NCBI GenBank assembly: GCA_035531095.1
Contig: DATKTL010000042.1
Coordinates: forward strand, 1-17,113
Reading direction: 5' to 3'
Origin: Minisyncoccota bacterium
GTDB taxonomy: Bacteria > Patescibacteriota > Minisyncoccia > Phycocordibacterales > Phycocordibacteraceae
DNA: 17,113 nucleotides
The notes below the pieces were generated by a model. The model was given only the letters and a program-made list of their open reading frames with translations. It did no database searches and was not told the DNA's origin. Positions 12,160 through 17,113 of this stretch are shown here, piece by piece (the stretch's first letter is position 1; every line of letters starts with the position of its first letter). The position numbers were made by a program, and so were the translations under genes.

Positions 12160-13082
12160 TGACGCCGCGCGCACTGCTGCTTAGTCTTACGCTCGGGTGC
12201 GTCGCCCTGCTTGCGCCGTCCGCCGCGTATGCCGCATACAACGACGTGACGCTCACGACCTCCGCATCCCTATCGGTCGGCGGCTACACGCTCAATGTCT
12301 CGGGCTCGTCCGCAAGCATACAAAGCATAACGGTGAACGCGGACAGCTTCTCGGTAACGCTCGCCTCCGGCTCTGACATCACGGTATCCTCGCCGTCTTT
12401 GCAAAAGCTCGCCACCGACGTCACGAGCGACGTGACGGCTTCGGCTTGCACGGACTCCGCCTCTTCCCTCTCGCTCTCATACTCCGGCGGCAGCACGGTA
12501 ACCAACGTCATCACACCATCCGCATCGATCTGTGGCGCATCTTCGTCTAGCTCTTTAAGCAACTCTGGCAGTTCGCGTGTCGGTGCCATTCTCCCGGGAT
12601 ACACGGAGACCAACCCTCTCCCTGGCCCCTCGGTCGTGGCGACGAGCACCGGCACGGCCGCGTCAGCTTCGGCGGCAGTGCCGACCGCCGCTTCAAGCCT
12701 TACGGGCGCAGAGATACAAGCGGTCGTGGGATTGCTCGCCTCGTTCGGTGCCGACCAGGTCACTATTGCCGGCGTCGAGGCCGCGCTCTCCGGCACGACC
12801 GTCGCTCCCGCAACAGCGTACGCCTTCTCGCGCGATTTGAAACACGGCGATACCGGCGATGATGTGCGGGCGCTGCAAGCATATCTGAACGCGCACGGCT
12901 TCGCCGTCGCCGCCGCGGGTCCCGGTTCGGCCGGAAACGAGACCGGCTACTTCGGCTCGGCTACGGAGGCGGCACTGGCGCGATTCCAAGCGGCAAACAG
13001 CATCGCCCCGGCAAGCGGCTACTTCGGCTCGATAACACGGACGTTCTTGCTGGCTGGGCACTACCCGTCGGAACGACCATGA
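12159..13082 (+). CDS. Secreted protein with a C-terminal peptidoglycan-binding domain (PG_binding_1-like)
   Basis: Signal peptide ...LLAPSAAYA. Ser/Thr-rich beta-type N-terminal region, then C-terminal LKHGDTGDDVRALQAYLNAHGF........ETGYFGSATEAALARFQAANSI..SGYFGSITR. The start overlaps the upstream stop (TGATG). Confidence 0.85.
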   Translation: MTPRALLLSLTLGCVALLAPSAAYAAYNDVTLTTSASLSVGGYTLNVSGSSASIQSITVNADSFSVTLASGSDITVSSPSLQKLATDVTSDVTASACTDSASSLSLSYSGGSTVTNVITPSASICGASSSSSLSNSGSSRVGAILPGYTETNPLPGPSVVATSTGTAASASAAVPTAASSLTGAEIQAVVGLLASFGADQVTIAGVEAALSGTTVAPATAYAFSRDLKHGDTGDDVRALQAYLNAHGFAVAAAGPGSAGNETGYFGSATEAALARFQAANSIAPASGYFGSITRTFLLAGHYPSERP

Positions 13083-13088
13083 GAGTCT

Positions 13089-13109
13089 GATTCTTGCCGA
13101 GGGCGCACC
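13089..13109 (+). repeat. Degenerate third copy of the tRNA-Arg(GCG) T-loop/acceptor 3' end
   Basis: GATTCTTGCCGAGGGCGCACC compared with the tRNA's GATTCCTGCCGAGGGC-ACC (one substitution, one 1-nt indel). It starts 7 nt after the PG-binding gene stop and lies 50 nt before tRNA-Arg(CCG). Confidence 0.55.
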
Positions 13110-13159
13110 CGCGGTCCCGTCGGGCGCAAAAACAGTTTTAGAGTTAGGATGGAATATCC

Positions 13160-13231
13160 GCTCTCGTCGTTCAACGGATAGGATAGCCCCCTCCGAAGGG
13201 GCTGATGACGGTTCGATTCCGTCCGAGAGCA
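13160..13231 (+). tRNA. tRNA-Arg (anticodon CCG)
   Basis: GCTCTCG TC GTTC AACGGATA GGAT A GCCCC CTCCGAA GGGGC TGAT GACGG TTCGATT CCGTC CGAGAGC A. The 5' half is nearly identical to that of tRNA-Arg(GCG). Confidence 0.9.
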
Positions 13232-13234
13232 CTG

Positions 13235-13278
13235 ACAGAAATGAAAAAGCCCGCTTAAGCGGGCTTTTTCATTTCTGT
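13235..13278. terminator. Bidirectional rho-independent terminator between tRNA-Arg(CCG) (+) and rpsT (-)
   Basis: ACAGAAATGAAAAAGCCCGC-ttaa-GCGGGCTTTTTCATTTCTGT is a perfect 20-bp palindrome with A5/T5 runs. Confidence 0.8.
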
Positions 13279-13281
13279 GCC

Positions 13282-13548
13282 CTAGGCCTTGGACTTCTTA
13301 AGGGCGAGGGCGAGACGGCTCTTCTTGCGTGCGGCGGTATTGGCCTTGATGACGCCGCGCTTCTTCGCCTTGTCGATCATGGCGTACGCCTCCGGGAGGA
13401 GCTTCTCCGCAGCGGCAACGTCCTTCGCGGCGAGCGCCTTGGTGAGCGACTTCGTCGTATCCTTCATCGCGTCCTTGCGGCGCAGGTTGAATACGTGCTT
13501 CTTCGCGGAAGAACGTATCGCTTTCTTCGCTGAACTGGTGATTGCCAT
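13282..13548 (-). CDS. rpsT: 30S ribosomal protein S20
   Basis: MAITSSAKKAIRSSAKKHVFNLRRK...IDKAKKRGVIKANTAARKKSRL matches the S20 pattern. GAGGA lies upstream of the ATG. Confidence 0.92.
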   Translation of the reverse strand: MAITSSAKKAIRSSAKKHVFNLRRKDAMKDTTKSLTKALAAKDVAAAEKLLPEAYAMIDKAKKRGVIKANTAARKKSRLALALKKSKA

Positions 13549-13588
13549 ATGTCCTCTATATATACGCTATATCCCGTTCTATGGCAAA

Positions 13589-13597
13589 TGGTACTAT
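13589..13597 (+). promoter_or_regulatory. Extended -10 TGgTACTAT, 6-nt spacer, then the ATG of ruvA (leaderless arrangement)
   Basis: Plus strand reads aaaTGgTACTATacgcgcATG. Confidence 0.5.
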
Positions 13598-13603
13598 ACG
13601 CGC

Positions 13604-14149
13604 ATGATACGGCAGATCCGCGGGAAGGTGCTTTCGATAGGCCCGGCGAGCGCCGTCATCGAGGTCGCCGGCTTCGGCGTCGAGGTGCGTATGAGCGCGC
13701 CTGAGGCGCTCCTGGTCGGTAGCGAAGCGGTGCTCGCGACCCACCTCACGCTCAAACAGGATGGCCTTGAGCTCTATGGTTTCTCAGACAGTGCCGACCG
13801 TGACTTCTTCGAGCTCATCCTCACGGTCTCGGGCGTAGGCCCGAAGACCGCCCTCTCGGTCCTCCGCCGCGCGACGCGCGATGCGCTTGAGGGCGCTATC
13901 AGTACACGCGATCTCCCCTACCTCACCAAGGTCGTCGGCCTCGGCAAGAAGAGCGCGGAGAAGATGCTCGTCGAGCTTGCCGACAAAGTCGGCCCGCGCG
14001 CGCACGACGACGCCGATGGCGAAGTCTTCGATACGCTCGTCGCGCTCGGCTACACCGAACGCGAGGCGCGCAAGGCGCTGCAAGCCGTCCCCGAGAGCGT
14101 GAGCGGGAAAGAAGGGCGACTCAAAGCGGCGCTCTCTTCAGGGAACTAG
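13604..14149 (+). CDS. ruvA: Holliday junction branch migration complex subunit RuvA
   Basis: MIRQIRGKV...VIEV.GFG.EV........L.....L.THL....D...LYGF....R.FF..L..VSGVGPKTAL..L ... GLGKK.AEK...EL ... ALGY...EA. The internal ATG at 13604 is used, because the upstream part of the track ORF overlaps rpsT. Confidence 0.9.
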   Translation: MIRQIRGKVLSIGPASAVIEVAGFGVEVRMSAPEALLVGSEAVLATHLTLKQDGLELYGFSDSADRDFFELILTVSGVGPKTALSVLRRATRDALEGAISTRDLPYLTKVVGLGKKSAEKMLVELADKVGPRAHDDADGEVFDTLVALGYTEREARKALQAVPESVSGKEGRLKAALSSGN

Positions 14150-14150
14150 T

Positions 14151-15440
14151 ATGTACGCCTTCATAAACACGCTCGTCGGCCTGTTGAAAAAGATAGTACC
14201 GGAACCGGTAGTGCGGCCTTTGCGCCCACTCTATCACCGGACGCTCGCCTTCCTCATGGCGCTCTCCTACGGCTTCCCCGCCAGGAAGCTCGTCGTCATC
14301 GGCGTGACCGGGACCAAGGGCAAATCGACGACTGCCGAGATGGTTTTCGCGATACTGCGCGCCGCCGGCCACAGAACTGCCCTCATCTCCACTATCCGCT
14401 TCGCGATCGAGGACGAGTCCGAGCCGAATCGCTACAAGATGACGCTCCAGGGCCGTGGCTTCGCGCAAGCCTTCATGCGCAAGGCGCTCGATGCCGGTTG
14501 CACGCACCTCATCATCGAGGTGACGAGCGAGAGCGTCCTGCAATATCGCCACCAATTCCTCGACCTCGATGCGCTCGTCGTCACGAACATCCAGAAAGAG
14601 CACATCGAGAGCCATGGCTCCTTCGAGAACTATGTCGCAGCGAAACGCGTCATCGTCGATACCCTCGCGCACTCGCCGAAGAAGACGCGCGTCCTCGTCG
14701 CCAATAGCGACATCCCCGAGAGCCGCGCCTTCCTCTCAGCCCCTGTGACCAGAGCGATCAGCTTCAGTGAAGCTGAGCTCGCCGACGTCTCGGGAGACAC
14801 CCGGCACGTCAGCTTCACCTATGCCGGCACGCGTGTCTCGCTCCCCCTCCCCGGCACCTTCAATGCGATGAACGCCCTCGCGGCGATGAAACTCGGCGAA
14901 GCGCTCGGTATCCCGATCGCCGCATCGGCAAAGGCGCTCGCAGCGCTTCCTCTCGTCCGCGGCCGCGTCGAGCACGTCGACGCCGATCAGGACTTCCTCG
15001 CCGTCGTCGATTATGCGCACACGCCAGACTCGCTCATGGCGCTCTACGGCGCCTTCCCGAAAGAGCGAAAGATCTGCGTGCTCGGCAACACCGGCGGCGG
15101 GCGCGACACCTGGAAGCGCCCGGAGATGGGGCGCATCGCCGATGAGATGTGCGAGCAGGTCATCCTCACGAACGAAGATCCGTATGACGAAGACCCGCGC
15201 GCCATCGTCGACGCCATGGCCGCCGGCATGCGCAGAAGGCCGACGATCATCATGGACCGGCGCGAAGCCATACGCGCGGCGCTTGCCGCCGCGCGACCGG
15301 GCGACGCCGTCCTCGTAAGCGGCAAAGGCACCGACCCGTTCATCATGGGCCCGAAAGGTTCGAAGATGCCCTGGGACGACGCGCAGGTTGTCCGCGAAGA
15401 GCTCGGGCGACTTCATTTCCTTAGGAGCGAAGCGAGTTAG
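14151..15440 (+). CDS. murE: Mur ligase, MurE-like (UDP-MurNAc-L-Ala-D-Glu:diamino acid ligase), N-terminally short form
   Basis: P-loop GVTGTKGKSTT, DYAHTPDSL, and GNTGGGRDTWKRPEMG resemble MurE signatures. The start lies 1 nt after the ruvA stop. Amino-acid specificity cannot be read. Confidence 0.75.
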   Translation: MYAFINTLVGLLKKIVPEPVVRPLRPLYHRTLAFLMALSYGFPARKLVVIGVTGTKGKSTTAEMVFAILRAAGHRTALISTIRFAIEDESEPNRYKMTLQGRGFAQAFMRKALDAGCTHLIIEVTSESVLQYRHQFLDLDALVVTNIQKEHIESHGSFENYVAAKRVIVDTLAHSPKKTRVLVANSDIPESRAFLSAPVTRAISFSEAELADVSGDTRHVSFTYAGTRVSLPLPGTFNAMNALAAMKLGEALGIPIAASAKALAALPLVRGRVEHVDADQDFLAVVDYAHTPDSLMALYGAFPKERKICVLGNTGGGRDTWKRPEMGRIADEMCEQVILTNEDPYDEDPRAIVDAMAAGMRRRPTIIMDRREAIRAALAAARPGDAVLVSGKGTDPFIMGPKGSKMPWDDAQVVREELGRLHFLRSEAS

Positions 15441-15482
15441 GAAATGAGAAGTGCCCATGTGGTGCGACTTCGCGCAGAAATT

Positions 15483-15491
15483 TGATAGTAT
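15483..15491 (+). promoter_or_regulatory. Extended -10 TGaTAGTAT, 6-nt spacer, then the ATG at 15498 (leaderless arrangement)
   Basis: Plus strand reads attTGaTAGTATtgccgtATG. Confidence 0.5.
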
Positions 15492-15497
15492 TGCCGT

Positions 15498-16442
15498 ATG
15501 GAACATGACGCATGGTTTTTCATAGGCGTATTCGTCTTCATATTCCTCATCTGGATCGCCACCGGCGGCCCATTGCACCCGATCGCCTTCTCTGGCCCGC
15601 GACTCGCACTGCCGGGGCAGCTCGGCGGCGGTTCCTACCTCTCGCTACCCCGTTCTCCCTATGGCATCGGCGGCACTGACGCTGCGCTGCCGGGCAGCTC
15701 CTCAGGCGGCGGTTCGATCGGCAGCGCCGACACCTCTCTCATCGGCGGGACGACCTTCGGCGACCTCTCCCCGTACCACGGCATCGTGACGATGGATCAT
15801 TCCGTCTCGGGTGCCGGGTCAGCCGACCCGCGCAATGAATACATCGAGATACGCGTCGCGCAGGACGCGAATGTGCCGGTCGATATTTCCGGATGGACGC
15901 TCATGAGCGAGGCGAGCGGCAGCTCGTCTAGCATACCGAAAGGGACGGAGACCCCGACGTCCGGCATCGTGAACGCGGCACAAGACATCGTCCTCACTGC
16001 CGGGGAGCAGGCTATCATCATTTCCGGCCAGTCCCCCATCGGCGCCTCGTTCCGAGAAAATAAGTGTATCGGCTACTTCAGCGGCTTCCAGAGATTCACC
16101 CCGTCCCTGCCGCTCAACTGCCCCGCACCGTCGGACGAACTCGCGTCGTTCTACGGCACCGGTTATATCCGCGATGCCTCCTGTATCGATTATGTGAACA
16201 CGCTCTCGCGCTGCCAAGCGGCGCTCACGCCGCCCACCACCGTCTCAGGCATGTGCCAGGGGTTCCTGGTGAAGTACCTCAATTACAACGGCTGCGTCGA
16301 TGCGCACCGGAGTGATGCTGATTTCAAGGGCGACACCTGGCACGTCTACCTCGGCCGGAGCGACTCGATGTGGCGCCCGCAGCATGAAGTCGTGAAGCTG
16401 CTCGACACGACCGGCAAGACCGTCGACGCCTTCACCTACTAG
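15498..16442 (+). CDS. Membrane-anchored lamin-tail-domain (LTD) protein with a 6-Cys C-terminal region
   Basis: N-terminal TM helix (WFFIGVFVFIFLIWI), Gly/Ser-rich linker, then NEYIEIRV.....VDISGWTL, the LTD hallmark (EY.EI.N......L.GW.L). The C-terminal part carries 6 Cys. Confidence 0.8.
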   Translation: MEHDAWFFIGVFVFIFLIWIATGGPLHPIAFSGPRLALPGQLGGGSYLSLPRSPYGIGGTDAALPGSSSGGGSIGSADTSLIGGTTFGDLSPYHGIVTMDHSVSGAGSADPRNEYIEIRVAQDANVPVDISGWTLMSEASGSSSSIPKGTETPTSGIVNAAQDIVLTAGEQAIIISGQSPIGASFRENKCIGYFSGFQRFTPSLPLNCPAPSDELASFYGTGYIRDASCIDYVNTLSRCQAALTPPTTVSGMCQGFLVKYLNYNGCVDAHRSDADFKGDTWHVYLGRSDSMWRPQHEVVKLLDTTGKTVDAFTY

Positions 16443-16495
16443 AAAAAAGCGGTAAAAAAGAGTAAGTTAGAGAAACGAGGAATAAGCCCGAGTTC

Positions 16496-16660
16496 GCTCC
16501 CGTATCTTCGAAGACTCGATACGAAGGCTTCGCTCGGTGGAAACAAAATCAAGAAGACTTGTTTTGTTTCGCCTCGCTTCAGCTCCCGTATGGAGTACCA
16601 TACAGTGAGCTCGTTCGGCGAGAAAGAAATCGAGCGAGCTCGTTTCTTTCTGCCTCACTC
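16496..16660 (+). ncRNA. Two tandem structured units (86 and 79 nt) upstream of tRNA-Lys, each starting with the first 9 nt of tRNA-Lys
   Basis: GCTCCCGTA occurs at 16496, 16582 and 16661. Both units share head, short hairpin, GC(T)TCG(C/T)TCGG linker, a 13-bp hairpin with a bulged T and a tetraloop, then a GCCTC.CT.C tail. Sequence differences in the stems are compensatory. Confidence 0.55.
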
Positions 16661-16733
16661 GCTCCCGTAGCTCAGCTGGTAGAGCAGCTCCCTTTTAAGG
16701 AGAAGGTCGCAGGATCGTAACCTGCCGGGAGCA
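16661..16733 (+). tRNA. tRNA-Lys (anticodon TTT) with an atypical T-loop ATCGTAA
   Basis: GCTCCCG TA GCTC AGCTGGTA GAGC A GCTCC CTTTTAA GGAGA AGGTC GCAGG ATCGTAA CCTGC CGGGAGC A. The cloverleaf is otherwise canonical. Confidence 0.85.
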
Positions 16734-16780
16734 CATGAGCCACAAACACCTGCCCTGCGGCAGGTTTTGTGCTTATGTGC
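16731..16780 (+). terminator. Long imperfect hairpin / rho-independent terminator starting in the last 3 nt of tRNA-Lys
   Basis: Core ACCTGCC-ctgc-GGCAGGT followed by TTTGTG. The outer arms GCACATGAG(C)CACAAA(C) and TTTGTGCTTATGTGC extend the stem. Confidence 0.65.
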
Positions 16781-16963
16781 TGGCCGGAGCTATGTGCGAG
16801 TCACCGAGTACGGCGAGGCGGGGTCGAGAGCGCTTAGCGGATTGCGAATACCTGGAGCAATTCGGTTAGCGACTCGTGACCATGTGGAGTGTGCGGACCG
16901 CGGGGTTATCCTTCGCAAGGGATATCCTCAAATTACTGCTATCGCATGGTAGTTTGGGATAGG

Positions 16964-17113
16964 TTAGGTTTGCACTTCGATCAGAAGTGGCGCGTGATCA
17001 GAGACTTCGTCAGGCAACACTTTGAAGTCTGTGACCGATATCCCTTTGGTTACGAACGCATAATCCGCATGTTTCTCCGGTTTCGTGTAGAACGACGTGC
17101 GCGTCGAAGACAC
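16964..17113 (-). CDS. 3' end of an endonuclease/exonuclease/phosphatase (EEP) family gene running off the right edge
   Basis: Minus-strand frame reads ...TSFYTKPEKHADYAFVTKGISVTDFKVLPDEVSDHAPLLIEVQT*. The terminal SDH.PL motif is the conserved C-terminal catalytic His block of EEP enzymes. It is absent from the ORF track because only 49 codons are visible. Confidence 0.55.
   Translation of the reverse strand: MSSTRTSFYTKPEKHADYAFVTKGISVTDFKVLPDEVSDHAPLLIEVQT

Noticed and set aside
11467-12174. 235-aa minus-strand ORF and 118-aa plus-strand alternative frame within the repeat-protein gene
   Set aside because: The repetitive GC-rich DNA keeps several frames open. Only the 10996 frame has a signal peptide and the regular 17-aa repeat with flanking conserved motifs.
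13289-13603. N-terminal 105-codon extension of the ruvA ORF
   Set aside because: It overlaps rpsT on the opposite strand and has no RuvA similarity. The conserved RuvA N-terminus begins at the ATG at 13604, which also has a -10 box 6 nt upstream.
14121-15578. 183-aa and 280-aa minus-strand ORFs opposite the MurE-like gene
   Set aside because: They are shadow ORFs. The plus strand carries the P-loop and DYAHTPDSL Mur-ligase motifs.
16767-16952. 61-aa plus-strand ORF in the tRNA-Lys / EEP intergenic region
   Set aside because: It has no Shine-Dalgarno or -10/ATG arrangement, no motif and odd composition. The region folds into nested helices and is treated as a possible RNA.
16740-16963. Known housekeeping RNAs (RNase P RNA, SRP/4.5S RNA, tmRNA, 6S RNA)
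   Set aside because: I could not find the hallmark sequences: GGAAAGTCCGGGC-type P4 elements, the GGAAGCAGCC SRP helix-8 motif, or a tmRNA tRNA-like 3' end with GGTTCGA...CCA. The interval is also too short for RNase P RNA or tmRNA.

Overview
This is a 17.1-kb, GC-rich (roughly 60% by eye) window with short genes packed on both strands. Most of it is housekeeping. I call secE plus a possible nusG start, a SIMPL/DUF541 protein, a PduO-type corrinoid adenosyltransferase, rplS, an RluA-family pseudouridine synthase and uppS. There is also a pilM-pilN-pilO-like type IV pilus assembly operon, a CsaA-like tRNA-binding protein, ruvX, rpsT, ruvA, an N-terminally short MurE-like ligase and a lamin-tail-domain membrane protein. 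Several small membrane proteins and a partial endonuclease/exonuclease/phosphatase gene at the right edge complete the coding set. Nine tRNA genes fold as cloverleaves: His-GTG, Leu-GAG, Val-TAC, Leu-CAG, Arg-TCT, Ser-TGA, Arg-GCG, Arg-CCG and Lys-TTT. One extra tRNA-like remnant sits in the minus-strand cluster. The repertoire looks like a Patescibacteria/CPR-type genome, which is an inference from gene content only. I recognise no CRISPR array, transposase, integrase, toxin-antitoxin or defence genes, so I cannot name a clear novel protein system here. The unusual signals are mostly at the RNA/DNA level: (1) structured repeats attached to tRNA genes copy the first 8-9 nt or the last 17-22 nt of the adjacent tRNA, and two tandem copies before tRNA-Lys show compensatory base changes; (2) a two-gene secreted module (tail-fibre/YadA-like 17-aa repeat protein plus a peptidoglycan-binding protein) lies between two paralogous tRNA-Arg genes and is bracketed by copies of the tRNA-Arg(GCG) 3' end; (3) eleven genes carry a -10 box (often TGn-extended) only 6-8 nt before the ATG, implying leaderless mRNAs; (4) tRNA-Lys has a swapped 54/58 T-loop pair, a tRNA-like relic sits in the cluster, and there is an orphan structured intergenic region. 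All functional calls come from reading translated motifs by eye. No database search was run.
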